Below, piece by piece: positions 43,947 to 56,470 of a stretch of 64,000 bases of DNA. The stretch lies in contig OZ253375.1 in the NCBI GenBank assembly GCA_965261005.1, positions 32,001-96,000 on the forward strand, read 5' to 3'. Both the position numbers and the translations under genes were made by a program. The notes beneath the pieces were generated by a model. The model was not told the DNA's origin. It did not search any database and saw only the letters and a program-made list of their open reading frames with translations. Every line of letters starts with the position of its first letter. The first letter of the stretch is position 1. The DNA is from Deinococcus sp. (GTDB lineage Bacteria > Deinococcota > Deinococci > Deinococcales > Deinococcaceae).

Positions 43947-44013
43947 GTTTGAGTTCTTTCGAGACGAAGAAGTATTCCATGCTGAATAGTGAATACTTTT
44001 CAGCATGGCCTCC

Positions 44014-44238
44014 TTACCGGAAATCTTTCTCGTCTAGTCTAGCTTGTCTCAACATCGCCTTGAAGGTGCCGATTTTGGGAGGGTCTTGTCCGGGATCAAG
44101 GATACACAACCGTGTTGGATCGTTTGGGTGAAACCAAATCTCGTGGTCGCCTTTGCCCCGTTGAGACCGTTTTTCAAAGCCATGTTGAGCGAGGTAGCTG
44201 CGGAACTTACGGACTGATGGAATGGTGAGTTTCGCCAT
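44014..44238 (-). CDS. hicA: HicA family mRNA interferase
   Basis: L..HGF...GKGDHEIW.H, IGTFKAMLRQA.L. Confidence 0.85.
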   Translation of the reverse strand: MAKLTIPSVRKFRSYLAQHGFEKRSQRGKGDHEIWFHPNDPTRLCILDPGQDPPKIGTFKAMLRQARLDEKDFR

Positions 44239-44409
44239 GTCTGTTTACTTAACGGTTTATGACCTCCTTCGGCGCAGTCAAGCTCCTCAAAATATGTTAC
44301 GAAAAAACGCAACGAGGGTCAAGATGCGGTGAGACTGACCACTGGCCCCTTAACCCATGTCGCCGTACACCAATATCAGCGCCACGGTGTATTTTGGGGC
44401 ATTCGGCGT

Positions 44410-45339
44410 TCAGTCCAAGGCGACCTTCTCCAGCGCCTCCAGCGGCCCGAAGATCAGCGACTGGTGCAGCGAGGCGCCCGCCCATACGCCATCGGCGGCG
44501 GCCATAGAAGCGTTGCCGACGCGCGGCGTGATGTCGCCCGCCGCGTAGACGCCCGGCACGGTTGTCTGCTTAAACGCGTCCGTCGTCAGGAGTGGCCCCT
44601 GCGGGCCGGCCTCGGAGGCGCAGCCGAGCTGTTCGGCAATGTCGCTGGCGGGCCGGATGTGCGACCCCAGAAACAAAGCGTCAAGCGCGATCAGGCGGTC
44701 ATCCTCCAGGCGAACGCCGTTCAGCGCCGGGGCGTCGCCCTCCAAGCGCACAACTTTGCCAGGCTCAACGGTGACGCCGCGTTCGGCGAACTTCGACAAC
44801 GTGGCGGCGTCCGGCTGGGAAGCGCCGTTCAGCAAGAAGGTGACCGGCCCCCAATCCGAGATCAAGAGCGCCTGATGCGTGGAGAAAGGGCTGACGCTCA
44901 GCACGCCCAGCCGCTCGCCCCGCACCTCGTAGCCGTGGCAGTAGGGGCAGTGCAAGACCGTCTGTCCCCAGCGCTCTATCAAGCCGGGAATGTCCGGTAG
45001 GAGGTCCACCACGCCGTAGGCCAGCAGCAGCTTTCTGGCCTGGAGCGTCTCGCCGGAAGCGAGGGTGATTCTAAAATGGTCGCCCTCTGACCGCGCCCCC
45101 GTCGCCAGGACGTCCATCAAAGTCACATTGGGGTAGGCGGCGAGGTCGGCACGCGCCCTGGAGATCATCTGACGTGGGGCCTGCCCGTCCTGGCCGAAAA
45201 AGCCGTGCGAGTGGGCGGCGAAGCGGTTGCGCGGCTGGCCGCCGTCGAGAATGCAGACGGGACGGCCGCTGCGGGCGATCTGCATCGCGCCGGACAGCCC
45301 GGCGTAGCTGCCGCCGATCACGAGGGCGTCATACAGCAT
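44410..45339 (-). CDS. NAD(P)/FAD-dependent oxidoreductase (thioredoxin-reductase-like)
   Basis: VIGGSYAGLS, HCPYCHGYE, TTVPGVYAAGD. Confidence 0.92.
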   Translation of the reverse strand: MLYDALVIGGSYAGLSGAMQIARSGRPVCILDGGQPRNRFAAHSHGFFGQDGQAPRQMISRARADLAAYPNVTLMDVLATGARSEGDHFRITLASGETLQARKLLLAYGVVDLLPDIPGLIERWGQTVLHCPYCHGYEVRGERLGVLSVSPFSTHQALLISDWGPVTFLLNGASQPDAATLSKFAERGVTVEPGKVVRLEGDAPALNGVRLEDDRLIALDALFLGSHIRPASDIAEQLGCASEAGPQGPLLTTDAFKQTTVPGVYAAGDITPRVGNASMAAADGVWAGASLHQSLIFGPLEALEKVALD

Positions 45340-45790
45340 GAGTGCTCTCCTTGGGGCAATTTGAAAACGGTTGGCGTTGGCGCTTGAAGTCAGTTGCCAG
45401 GGCGGCGAGGGTCAGGGTGCCCAGCCGCGCGGCGATCAGGGCCTCGGCTTCCCGCAGGGTGTCGCCCAAAGTTACGTTGACGGCCCGTTCGATCAGGCAG
45501 CTGGGATTGTCGGAGCGGTTGCCGATGGCGAACAGGGTCGGGGAGCCGAGGGCGCGGTAGACGTCGAGCAGGGTGGTCTGGGCCGGGTCGCGGGCGAGGC
45601 GCCAGCCGCCCCCGTGGCCCTTTTCCGAGGTGACGATGCCGGCGTCGCGCAGACCGGCCATGGTGCGGCGCACAACCACGGGGTTGGTGTCCAGGGCGGT
45701 GGCGAGCCGCTCTGAGGGGATGGCCGCCTCGGCTTCCATCAGGTGCAGGAGAAGGTGGAGCACGCCGGAAAGCCGGCTATCGAGGTTCAT
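45329..45790 (-). CDS. Rrf2 family regulator
   Basis: DSRLSGVLH, TNPVVVRR..LR.AG.V.S.KGHGGGW.L. Confidence 0.92.
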   Translation of the reverse strand: MNLDSRLSGVLHLLLHLMEAEAAIPSERLATALDTNPVVVRRTMAGLRDAGIVTSEKGHGGGWRLARDPAQTTLLDVYRALGSPTLFAIGNRSDNPSCLIERAVNVTLGDTLREAEALIAARLGTLTLAALATDFKRQRQPFSNCPKESTHAV

Positions 45791-46168
45791 GACACTTCAA
45801 CTGTTGCATGATGAATGAGGGCTGTCAAGGCCGCGTCGCACGAACGCCCTCAGTAGAATGGGCACCTGCCCGTTTCTTCCTGCGGGTAGAGGTTCGGCCG
45901 CACGTCGCGGTCCTGGTAACGGCGGTGATACACGGGCGTCGTCGTGGGCGATCTCGTTTTCGACCTCCACAATTCTCGTCCCAACACCCGGCCATGCCCG
46001 CTCCCGGTAAGCCTGCTCCAAAATGCGACGGCCTTCGACTCAAGCCGGGTCGGTTCTGTTCTGACGGTCACCCCGCAGTCTTATGTTCCAGGCCAAAAGA
46101 AATGTCCTGCCCTGAGTGTTCCCAACGCCGTGACAAGCCCGCACGTCTCGCCCGCCTTACGCTGACCC

Positions 46169-46546
46169 ATGATCCTCGGCCTCGACCACGTGCAAATCTG
46201 CGCGCCGCCCAGCTGCGAGGAGGACGCGCGGCGCTTTTTCGGCGGCTTCCTCGGCCTGCCCGAATTGCAAAAGCCCGCGCCCCTCGTGCCGAACGGCGGC
46301 GCCTGGTTCGCCCTGCCGGACGGGCGGCAGCTGCACGTCGGGGTGGAGCGCGACTTTATCCCGGCCGCAAAGGCGCACCCCTGTTTGCGCTGCGCGGACT
46401 TGGACGCCGTGCTGGAGCGCGCCCAACGGTTTGGCATTCCCGCCGAACTCGACACCCGCCTGCCGCTGCGCCGCCTCTATCTGAGCGACCCGTGGGGCAA
46501 CCGCTGGGAGGTCGTGCAGGGTCTTCACCCGGGCGAACTTCTCTAG
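46169..46546 (+). CDS. VOC/glyoxalase family protein
   Basis: LDHVQI, GGAWF, QLHVG, KAHP, DPWGNRWE. Confidence 0.9.
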   Translation: MILGLDHVQICAPPSCEEDARRFFGGFLGLPELQKPAPLVPNGGAWFALPDGRQLHVGVERDFIPAAKAHPCLRCADLDAVLERAQRFGIPAELDTRLPLRRLYLSDPWGNRWEVVQGLHPGELL

Positions 46547-46555
46547 AATGTCCGC

Positions 46556-47325
46556 ATGACCACCCCCACAACTGCCGTGTCCCGCGCCGACCTGGCGCGC
46601 TGGCTGGACGACTACCTTCAGATCAAGCGCTATCCCGACCCCAGCAACAACGGGCTGCAAATCGAGGGCAAGCCCGAGGTGAGACGCGTGGCCGTCGCCG
46701 TGGACGCCGCGCTTCAGACCATCGAGGAGGCGGCCGAGTCGGGCGCCGACCTGCTGATCGTTCACCACGGTCTGTTCTGGGGCGACCCGCTGATGTTGAG
46801 CGGGCCGTACGGGAGGCGGGTCAAAGCCGCAATGGAGGCCGGCCTCAACCTCTACGCCGCCCACATTCCCCTGGACGCTCACCCCGAGGTGGGCAACAAT
46901 GCCGTGCTGGCCCAGGCCCTCAGCTTGCAACATCCAGAGCCGTTCGGTGAGTTTGCCGGGCACAAGATCGGCCTGAAGGGTGAGCTGCCCTTTCCCCTGA
47001 GCGTGCAGGACTTCGCGGACCGGGTGCAGAAGCTGACGGGGGAGATCTGCCTGGTCCACGGCGGCGGCCCCGGCGAGGTGCGCCGGCTGGGCGTCGTGTC
47101 CGGCTCCGGCTCCGGGGAGATTGCGGCGGCGGCGCGCGAGGGCCTGGACACCCTGCTGACGGGGGAACCCAAGCACCAGCACTTCCACGACGCCTTTGAA
47201 TACGGCGTCAACACCATTTACGCCGGCCACTACGAGACCGAGACCTTCGGCGTGCGCGCCTTGGCGACCAAGATCGAGGAGACCTTCGGGTTGCCGTGGC
47301 AGTTCATTCACGTGCCGACGGGATT

Positions 47326-47329
<4 letters not shown>
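46556..47329 (+). CDS. Nif3/YbgI dinuclear metal centre protein
   Basis: NGLQIEG, IVHHGLFW, HIPLDAH, AGHYETE. Confidence 0.93.
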
Positions 47330-47955
<626 letters not shown>

Positions 47956-47964
<9 letters not shown>

Positions 47965-48729
47965 CGAGCCAGGCAGCCTCACCTCGAACAGGGTCGGCCA
48001 CCTTTTGCCGGTCACGAACAGCCGGCCGGTTCCCGCGTCGTAGGCGATGCCGTTCGGCACGTCGTCGCTGCCCCTGCCCGGAATGCTGGCCGAGAGCTTT
48101 GAGAGGTCGTACCAAGCGGTGACTTGGCCGCTCTGCGGGTCAATGCGCGCGACGCGGTCGGTCAGCCAGATGTTGGCGAGAATGGCGCCTTTCACGTACT
48201 CCAGCTCGTTGAGGTTGTCCACCGGCTTGCCGCCGGCCGTCACCTTGAGCTGGCGCACGACCTCGAAGCTGCCCGGCTTGTGAAAGGTCAGGGTGCTGCT
48301 GCCGTCGCTGCGAATCAGGTTGGTGCCGTCCTGCGTGAGGCCCCAGCCCTCGGTTGCGTAATTAAAAGTCCGCAGCGGCTTAAAGCTGGCCTCGTCGTAG
48401 ACGTAGCCCAGCTTGGTGGTCCAGGTCAGCTGGTACAAGAGGCCCCCGAGGGACGCCAGCCCCTCGCCGAACAGGTTGGGCGCCAGGGCGCGGCGGCGCA
48501 GCACCTTGCCGGTGTTCAGGTCCACCTCGCGCAGCTCGGACTGTCCCTCCAGGCCGGTGCTTTCGAACAGGGCGCCGTCCTGAAACAGCAGTCCCTCGGT
48601 GAAGGCGGCCGGGTCGTGCGGATAGCTTTTGACCACCTCCACCGGGTAAACCGGGATGGCGGCGTTCTGGGCGTCTGCGCAGCCGAGCAGGCCGAGACAA
48701 GCCAGGATTGAAAACAGCGGACGGGTCAT
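47956..48729 (-). CDS. Glutaminyl-peptide cyclotransferase (lipoprotein)
   Basis: PHDPAAFTEGL, ESTG, FGEG, QLTW, EGWGLT, NELE, NGIAYD, TGKRW. Confidence 0.92.
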
Positions 48730-48831
48730 CCCGGCATGATAGCGGCAGCCCCCAGTTGCCGAGGGCCGGTCAGTTTCAGAGAGATAGCGTTTTCAACGCA
48801 GAAGGTACACTCGAAGCGAAAGGAGCGCTTC

Positions 48832-49644
48832 ATGTTCTTAGTTGCCCACCTCAGCGACCTGCACCTCGACGGAAGCCCGCGCACACATGAGCGCCTGCTG
48901 GCAGTCGGCCGGGCGCTCGCCGCTCTCAAGAGGGCGCCTGACTTGATCGTCGTCACCGGCGACCTCGTCGAAGGAAAGGGCGAGCCGGGGGCAGAGTACG
49001 CCTTCTTGCGAAATGTCCTTGACAGCGGGACGCCGACCTTTTTCTGCCCCGGAAACCACGACGACCGGGCCGTCTTTCGTCGAGAGTTGCTGCCCGACCG
49101 CTCAGCCGCTCCACACGCCCCCATCAATCAAAAAGCGAAGGTGGGCGCCGCCACGCTGCTGCTGCTCGACAGCAGCGTGCCCGGCGAAGATTACGGCACG
49201 CTCACTCCCGAGACGCTTCTGTGGCTATCCCACCAACTGCTCGCCCTGCCGAGCGGCGAACCCGTCCTGATCGCGCTTCACCACCCGCCCATAGCCATCC
49301 TGCACCCGTCCATAGACGCCATCGGTCTGCGCGACCCCGAACGTCTGGTAGCCGTACTTCGGCGGTATCCCCACACAGCCGCCCTGCTCTGCGGCCATAC
49401 ACACACTGCCAGCGCGACGGAACTGGCCTCGACTTGGCCTGTCCGCGTCGCGCCCGGCATCTCCTCCTCGTTGCGCTTCCCGTGGGAAACCGGCGACGCA
49501 AGGCCCTTGGTATGGGATGAGTTGGCCCCGCCGGGCCTCGCGTTTCACGTCTTTGACGATCAATGGTGCTGCACGACCCACTTCCGCACTGTGGAGGAGT
49601 CGCCGCCTTATTCGGCGTCCAGCACGAAGGCGGCCGAGTCGTAG
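48832..49644 (+). CDS. Metallophosphoesterase (CpdA/Icc-like)
   Basis: HLSDLH, VTGDL, PGNHD, HHPP, CGHTH; AGGAG RBS. Confidence 0.9.
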   Translation: MFLVAHLSDLHLDGSPRTHERLLAVGRALAALKRAPDLIVVTGDLVEGKGEPGAEYAFLRNVLDSGTPTFFCPGNHDDRAVFRRELLPDRSAAPHAPINQKAKVGAATLLLLDSSVPGEDYGTLTPETLLWLSHQLLALPSGEPVLIALHHPPIAILHPSIDAIGLRDPERLVAVLRRYPHTAALLCGHTHTASATELASTWPVRVAPGISSSLRFPWETGDARPLVWDELAPPGLAFHVFDDQWCCTTHFRTVEESPPYSASSTKAAES

Positions 49645-49985
49645 TAGGTGCGGAACTTCTTGACCTTGCCGCCCTCCACCTCGATGATGCTGACGCCGGG
49701 ATACTCGATGGGGCGGCCGTTTTTGAGTTTCCCTTTGGAGGTCCACTCCATCACGCCGCTCTCGTCGTCGTCGGTCTGGTGGAAGAACTCGGAGCGAATC
49801 TCCCGAAAGTCGTCCAGGTAGCGCTGCCAAAATTGGCGCGCCCCGTCCATCCCCTTGTGAACGTGTGGGGTAAGGTTCTGCGAGGTCGAGTCCTCAGCGT
49901 AGAGGGCCAGGATGGGGGCGGGGTCCTTGCTCTGCTCGGCTTGCTGAAGCGCCTGCATGAACTGTTGGGTCACGGTTTTGGGCAT
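49608..49985 (-). CDS. NTF2/SnoaL-like protein
   Basis: LYAED, G..GARQFW..Y, EW, Y.GVSIIE..GKV..FRTYYD. Confidence 0.88.
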   Translation of the reverse strand: MPKTVTQQFMQALQQAEQSKDPAPILALYAEDSTSQNLTPHVHKGMDGARQFWQRYLDDFREIRSEFFHQTDDDESGVMEWTSKGKLKNGRPIEYPGVSIIEVEGGKVKKFRTYYDSAAFVLDAE

Positions 49986-50049
49986 GGCTCAGCACAGCAT
50001 GAGGCCGGATGGGGTGGCTGAACGTTACCTTGACGCCGCCTTGGGACTG

Positions 50050-51144
50050 TCAGCCGAGGAACCTTCGCGCCGCCGCCCTCACCGACTCATGCGGGTCGCG
50101 CTCCAAAGCCGTCAGCGCGGCTTTTTCTCCGAACTGTCCCAGCGCCCAAGTTGCCGCCTCGCGCACCTCCCAAGCGTCGTCCCGCGCGGCCAGCCCCAGC
50201 AGCGGGCGCCCGATCTCGCTTCGGGTGTTGCCGATGACATAACAGGCGTTGCGGGCCATCCCCTTGCGGCGCGGCCGGGCGAAGGCCGTGCCCGCATACC
50301 GCTTGTCGAACTGTCGGTTGCTGAGGGTGAAAAAGGGCGTCAGGTCGGGATGGGCCAGCTCGGGATCGGCCTTGAGCGCGCGGGCGACGGCCCCCACCTT
50401 CACGCTCCAGGGGCAGACCTCGGTGCAGCCGTCGCAGCCGAACAGCCAGTCGCCCACTCCTGGCCGCAGGTCCCAGGCGACCGGCCCCCGGTGCTCGATG
50501 GTGAGGTACGAGACGCAGCGCCGCGCATCTATGGTCCGGTCCGGCAAAATCGCCCCGGTCGGGCAGGCGCTGATGCAGCGGGTACAGCGCCCACAGCGGT
50601 CGGGGTGGGGGGCGCCGTCCTCCTCGTGTGGCAAGTCGGTCAGCAGCACGGCCAGCGTCATAAAGGCGCCCAGTTGCGTGCTGACCAGCATCCCGCTCTT
50701 CGCGCGCCATCCTAAAAAGGCCCCGCTGGCCAGCAGCCGCTCCATCACCGGGCCGTGGTCCACGTACCCGCGCGCCCGCAGGCCGAGGGCCGCCGCCTCT
50801 TCCTCCAAGCGGTGCAGCAACGGCTCCAGCTGCGTGTGGTAATCGGGCGTCCAGGCGTAGCGGGCTACCCGGCCCAGCCGCACGCCACCGGGGGGCACGG
50901 GCAAGTCTTCAAAGGCGTGCGAGATGCCGAGGGCCAGCACACCCCGCGCGCCCGGCAGGCGGCCCTTCAGATCGGCGCGCCGGGGCAATTGCCGCTCCAG
51001 GTAATCCATCCCGGCGTGCCGCCCCGCCCTCAGCCAGCCCGCGTACTCGTCCACCGCCGCCGCTGGAACGTCGGCCACCGCCCAGCCGGCCACGTCGAAG
51101 CCGAGGCTCAGGGCGGCCTCGCGCAGGGTGTCGGCGGCGTTCAC
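50050..51144 (-). CDS. queG: Epoxyqueuosine reductase
   Basis: MDYL, VARYAW..DYH, CGRCTRCISACPT, CVSYLTIE, FGCDGCTEVCPW. Confidence 0.95.
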   Translation of the reverse strand: MNAADTLREAALSLGFDVAGWAVADVPAAAVDEYAGWLRAGRHAGMDYLERQLPRRADLKGRLPGARGVLALGISHAFEDLPVPPGGVRLGRVARYAWTPDYHTQLEPLLHRLEEEAAALGLRARGYVDHGPVMERLLASGAFLGWRAKSGMLVSTQLGAFMTLAVLLTDLPHEEDGAPHPDRCGRCTRCISACPTGAILPDRTIDARRCVSYLTIEHRGPVAWDLRPGVGDWLFGCDGCTEVCPWSVKVGAVARALKADPELAHPDLTPFFTLSNRQFDKRYAGTAFARPRRKGMARNACYVIGNTRSEIGRPLLGLAARDDAWEVREAATWALGQFGEKAALTALERDPHESVRAAARRFLG

Positions 51145-51234
51145 GCCGGCTATTCTGGCGGTTTCACGGCCAGCACAAGGTAACAACGAACTGTAAGAGA
51201 AGTGTGAGCCTGGTAAAGCTAAGGTGAAGCCACC

Positions 51235-52317
<1,083 letters not shown>

Positions 52318-52319
52318 TG

Positions 52320-52359
52320 CCCCCCTCCCCGGCCCTCCCCCCCTTGCGGGGGGAGGGAG
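52320..52359. repeat. REP-like C/G-rich palindrome between convergent genes
   Basis: CCCCTCCCC-GG-CCCTCCCCCC-CTTGC-GGGGGGAGGG-AG, 10-bp stem. Confidence 0.7.
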
Positions 52360-52386
52360 AAAAGACCGTCTACAGCGCTTAACAAC

Positions 52387-53298
52387 CTACTTCCCGCCCC
52401 TGACCGCCTCCAGCAGCTGTCCCGCCGCCTCCAGGGCGCTCGGGCCGAGCGGGCTGCGCTCCAAACCCAGCAAGGTGCTGAGGCGTTCGCGTTTGGCGGC
52501 GCTGAGGTGGGTCCAGCCGGCCAGGTCGGCGGCGTGGGTGTGGGCGGCCTCGTCGCGCAACAGGCGCACGGCGCCGTCGTAATAGCCGGCCTGAAAGGCG
52601 GCGCGGGCGCGCTTTTCTTGTTCGAGTAAGCCCAGGCCGCGCGTCGCCAGCAAGACCCGGCGGGCCTCGTCCTCGCCGCCGAAGCCGTAGAGGCGGTCGA
52701 GCAGGTACACGCTCCTGGGAAAGCGCAACCCGGCCGCCGCGCGCCAAGCGTGCGGCAAGCGGATTTCGAACTCGGGCCAAGCGTGCAGGTAGGTCAGCAG
52801 GGCGGGGTAAAGCTGACCGAGCGCCACCTCACGCGCGCCGACCAAGGCGAGCAGCTGCCCGGCGCTGCCCGTTCCCAACCGGGCCACCTGACCGGCCAGC
52901 GCCTCCAGCCGCTCCCGCGCGCCCTCAAGCAGTTCCGAGCGGTAGGCGGCCAGCCGTTCCTCCGGCAGCGACCACAGCATCTTCTGAATGCGGCCGTAGT
53001 AGCCGGTCGGGTCGTAGGCCACGCGCGAGGTCGCCAGCAGCGCGAGGGGCGCCGCGTCACGCGCCGCGTCCCAATCGCGCCACTCTTCCAGCTTCTCATA
53101 GGGAAAGCGCTCCAGCGTCAAACCGGCGCGCGTTTCTACCTGCCGGGACAGCGGGCCGCGCTCGAAGACCACCAAGGTTGGCAGACTGCCCGCCCAGACG
53201 TGTTCGGTGCCGTAGCTGCCCGCCCAGGCGGCGGCGCGCACCTTGCGCTCCGAGATCAGGCGGGACAGCAGCTTGTCCGGCTCGGTCGGCGGGTTCAA
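52387..53298 (-). CDS. Hypothetical protein, third gene of the nurA-herA unit
   Basis: 303-aa ORF 28 bp after the herA stop; TTG start uncertain. Confidence 0.75.
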   Translation of the reverse strand: MNPPTEPDKLLSRLISERKVRAAAWAGSYGTEHVWAGSLPTLVVFERGPLSRQVETRAGLTLERFPYEKLEEWRDWDAARDAAPLALLATSRVAYDPTGYYGRIQKMLWSLPEERLAAYRSELLEGARERLEALAGQVARLGTGSAGQLLALVGAREVALGQLYPALLTYLHAWPEFEIRLPHAWRAAAGLRFPRSVYLLDRLYGFGGEDEARRVLLATRGLGLLEQEKRARAAFQAGYYDGAVRLLRDEAAHTHAADLAGWTHLSAAKRERLSTLLGLERSPLGPSALEAAGQLLEAVRGGK

Positions 53299-53326
53299 GA
53301 ACGTGTTGCCTTCACAAGCCCAGCCA

Positions 53327-55108
53327 TTACAAGCCCAGCCACTCGCTCGCCTCGCCCTCGACCTCTGCCTGTTCCGTCGCCACCGCCACCTCGTCCCCCC
53401 TGGTCGCGTAGGCGGGAAAGGGAAACTTGACCAGCACCGGGGCGGGCAACTCGGGCTGGCTGACCAGCATGCTGCCGGGCTGAAGAATGCCGGCGCGCAG
53501 CCGAAAGCTCTGCGGCAAAAAGCGGTACTCGGGCCGCTCGGCCTCGGCGGGGTCGAGGCGCCCGACCACCCGGATGGCGGCGTTCCCCACCACGCGCCGC
53601 TCCACCTCGCTGGCGGTCTGCTGCGCCCCGATCAGGATGATGCCGAGGCTGCGCCCGCGTTCGGCGATGTCGAGCAGTACGTCCTTGATGGGGCTGTCGC
53701 CGTCGCGCGGCGCGTACTTGTTCAGCTCGTCGAGGACGATGAAGACGGGGTTTTTGTCGCCGGTGCGCTCCTTGAACTCGAAGAGGTCCTTGAGCATGGC
53801 GCCCACCACGAACATCTGCGCGTGCGCGTTGAGGGTGTGAATGTCGGTCACGGTCAGCTGCACGCCCGCGCGGCGCGGGTTGGGAAAGGAGGCGTCGGCC
53901 TGCTGGCGGCTGGCGTCGCCGCGAATCAGGGGGGCGAGGTGCTTTTGCACCCCGCGCAGTCGGCGCACAAAGGCCTGAATCGAGGCTGGGTTCTGCTTGT
54001 TCACCCACTTGGGGTCGCCTGCGCCGTCGTTCTGGCCCAGCAACTTATACTCGACGTAGGCGACCAATTGCCGAAAGGTCTTGATCTTGGTCTTGCCCAA
54101 GTCGGCGAAGTCGAGGCCCAGCTCGGCAGCCTCCAGGTCGTCCTCTTGCTCCCAGTCTCCAACCGTGACGTGGGGCGTGTCGCGCTCGTCGAGGGTCAGC
54201 CGGAACAGCTTGTCCTCAATCGCGCCGATGATAAAGCCCAGGTTCAGGCTGCTGCCCACGTCGGCGAAGCAAAAGGGCAACAGCCGCTGACGGCAAAAGT
54301 CGCGCAGCGTCCAGAAGTACGCCGTAATGCCGCCCGAACGCCCCCCGGTGTCGGGTACGATGACGTCCCTCCCCGGCCTCGGCGGCGCCAGCAGCTGTAC
54401 ATCCTGAAACGGCCGCTTGGGCAGGCCCAGCGCCGCGTAGCGGTCGTGGGGACCGGCCTCCTTTTCGCTCAGGCGCGCATTGGGTAAGTCCAGGAACAGC
54501 AAGTCCTCGCCCTTGACGTTGAAGATCAGCGCCCGCGCATTCGCGCGCCCCACGCCCAGGGCCTCCGAGTTGAAGATGGCGTGCAGCAGGAAGAGGGCGT
54601 AGCTGGTCTTGGTTGCCACCCCTGACACGCCCGAGATGTTGACGTGCGCGCCGCTCTTGCCGTTCAGAAAGTCGAAGTTGAGCTGGAGGGCGCCCCCCCC
54701 CGGCAGCAGACCGGCTGGCAGCCGGGGCACGTCCGCCTTGTCTTGGTAAAGGGCCATGCGGAAGTCCTCGCCCTCGGCAAGCGCCACGAGATCGCCCGGC
54801 TGCGGCGGGACGAACTCCTCGGGGTCGAGGCGGATCACGCGTACATGGGCGCTGTAGGCGGTGTTGACCGGCAGCACGCCGGCCTGCACGTCCTCCACGT
54901 CGCTCTCGAAGGTCACGCCCTCGTGCCTTTTGAGGACCTCGTCCACCATGCCGAAGTACGCCACGGCCCCGCCATCCGGCTTGCGCGTGCGCGCAACGAC
55001 CACGTCGTCGAGGCGCACCAGCTGGCCCGGCGCCACCAGGAACCAGAACTCGTAGGGCGTGGTGGGCTGGGTGCCGAGAACCGTGCCGATGGGGCCAGGG
55101 CCGATCAA
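53327..55108 (-). CDS. herA: HerA-family ATPase
   Basis: N-terminal HAS-barrel-like region, [49 protein letters not shown]. Confidence 0.9.
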   Translation of the reverse strand: MIGPGPIGTVLGTQPTTPYEFWFLVAPGQLVRLDDVVVARTRKPDGGAVAYFGMVDEVLKRHEGVTFESDVEDVQAGVLPVNTAYSAHVRVIRLDPEEFVPPQPGDLVALAEGEDFRMALYQDKADVPRLPAGLLPGGGALQLNFDFLNGKSGAHVNISGVSGVATKTSYALFLLHAIFNSEALGVGRANARALIFNVKGEDLLFLDLPNARLSEKEAGPHDRYAALGLPKRPFQDVQLLAPPRPGRDVIVPDTGGRSGGITAYFWTLRDFCRQRLLPFCFADVGSSLNLGFIIGAIEDKLFRLTLDERDTPHVTVGDWEQEDDLEAAELGLDFADLGKTKIKTFRQLVAYVEYKLLGQNDGAGDPKWVNKQNPASIQAFVRRLRGVQKHLAPLIRGDASRQQADASFPNPRRAGVQLTVTDIHTLNAHAQMFVVGAMLKDLFEFKERTGDKNPVFIVLDELNKYAPRDGDSPIKDVLLDIAERGRSLGIILIGAQQTASEVERRVVGNAAIRVVGRLDPAEAERPEYRFLPQSFRLRAGILQPGSMLVSQPELPAPVLVKFPFPAYATRGDEVAVATEQAEVEGEASEWLGL

Positions 55109-56130
55109 GACGCGGCCCCCGTCAAAGCCGCCCGCTGCACGTGCGCCCGGATGCGCCGCAGCACCAGCCCCGCGTCGCCCATCGCGCGGGTCATGGCCTG
55201 CTCCAGCGCGCGGGTCGGGATCAAATTCTGCGGAGCGCGTGGGTCTTTAAAGGCCCGGCTCCCCAGGCGGCACAGCAGGCTGCCCGACAAGTCGGCGATG
55301 GCCTGCACGATGGGGGGCACCCGGTCGTTGTCCCCGGCGTGCATTTCCAGGCGCATCACACCCGCGTAGGGATGCTGGTAAAACTCGGCCGCGCACAAGC
55401 GGACGTACCAGGTGAAGCGCGACTCGTCGCCATTCTGATAGCGAAAGTGCAGGATGGGGCTTCGCTCGCCCGGCTTCAATTCCGACAGCAGGTAGGCGCG
55501 GTCGGCCGAGACGTAGAGGGTCTGAAGGGTCTTGACGCAGCCGACGACCGCCCCGCCGCGAAAGCCGGGCCGTACCGGGCCGTCTTGCAGGGTCAGCACG
55601 GCCAGCGTCTCCTCGTCGTCGTCCTCGTCGTAGGGAACCTGCGACGCCAGGCCGTGCGCCAGGCGCTGCTCGGCGTCCAGCATGGCCCGCTGCACGAACT
55701 GTTGGGGCGCGCTTTGCTCGTTGCCCGGCACCGAGAGGGGCGCGTACAGCAGCTCGCCCGAGTGGGGGTCGCGCGGCGAGAGACGGACCTCCTCGCCGTG
55801 TAGGTCGCCGCACAGCGCCAGCAGCCGCCTCGCCCGGACCTCGTGCAGCCGCGCTTCGCGCCGGCCGTGCGGGCACAACTCCACCGCCCCCACCGCGTAG
55901 GCGCCGTAGCCGCCGAAAAAGGGTTCCCCCTCTCGCTCGATGAGCACCCGCGCCTCCATGCGCGGCTTGCCGTCCACCACATGGACGGTGTGCAAATGGT
56001 CTGGAATGGGTCGCCCCGGCACGGCCGCCCAGCGCGGCGTCTCCACGTCGAGCACGTCGCCCGCAAAGGCGCTCAGGCTCAGCTGCGCGTCCTGGGTGTC
56101 AATGGGCCAAGGGTCCAGGCGAATCCGCAT
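55105..56130 (-). CDS. nurA: NurA-family nuclease
   Basis: [34 protein letters not shown]; overlaps the herA start. Confidence 0.88.
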   Translation of the reverse strand: MRIRLDPWPIDTQDAQLSLSAFAGDVLDVETPRWAAVPGRPIPDHLHTVHVVDGKPRMEARVLIEREGEPFFGGYGAYAVGAVELCPHGRREARLHEVRARRLLALCGDLHGEEVRLSPRDPHSGELLYAPLSVPGNEQSAPQQFVQRAMLDAEQRLAHGLASQVPYDEDDDEETLAVLTLQDGPVRPGFRGGAVVGCVKTLQTLYVSADRAYLLSELKPGERSPILHFRYQNGDESRFTWYVRLCAAEFYQHPYAGVMRLEMHAGDNDRVPPIVQAIADLSGSLLCRLGSRAFKDPRAPQNLIPTRALEQAMTRAMGDAGLVLRRIRAHVQRAALTGAAS

Positions 56131-56142
56131 GGGGGCATCTTA

Positions 56143-56180
56143 GCGCAGGGGTCAAGGGCGTAAACCCTTGACCCCTGCGC
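56143..56180. terminator. 16-bp perfect stem-loop directly upstream of the nurA -10 box
   Basis: GCGCAGGGGTCAAGGG-CGTAAA-CCCTTGACCCCTGCGC. Confidence 0.55.
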
Positions 56181-56191
56181 GCGCCCTTCTT

Positions 56192-56389
56192 TTAATCCAG
56201 CAATTCCGGATAATTCAGCTGCATCTCGTTCCAGCTCAGCAGCCGCATGCTGCCGCTCTCCTCGTCCAGCTGCCAATAGCGCGGCACGCTGTCCTTGTAG
56301 ATCACCGTGCCGTCTGCCGCGACCAGCGCCCGCGCGCACTTCTTCAGGTGAGATTGGCACTCCTCGCCGTCCAAAACCAGCTGTCTCAA
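56192..56389 (-). CDS. Small hypothetical protein (~65 aa)
   Basis: GGAGAG before TTG; coding-like ..YKDSVPRYWQLDEE..LSWNE..YPELLD. Confidence 0.6.
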   Translation of the reverse strand: MRQLVLDGEECQSHLKKCARALVAADGTVIYKDSVPRYWQLDEESGSMRLLSWNEMQLNYPELLD

Positions 56390-56470
56390 AGGCTCTCCCA
56401 GGGCGCCACGAGCGCGCCGCTCACAGCTCAGTATACGTGATGGGCGCCGCGCGGTACTAGAATGTCCGGC

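Noticed and set aside
44297..44312. TTACG-N6-CGCAA upstream of hicA as an operator
   Set aside because: Too short and imperfect; spacing does not fit RDRM
45797..46165. Lower-GC 370-bp gap with several short ORFs
   Set aside because: No frame gave a recognisable motif or convincing start; it may be a decayed gene but cannot be supported
53327..56130. HerA as an anti-phage defence system
   Set aside because: The partner is NurA in housekeeping context with host-like GC; no Sir2 or other defence effector
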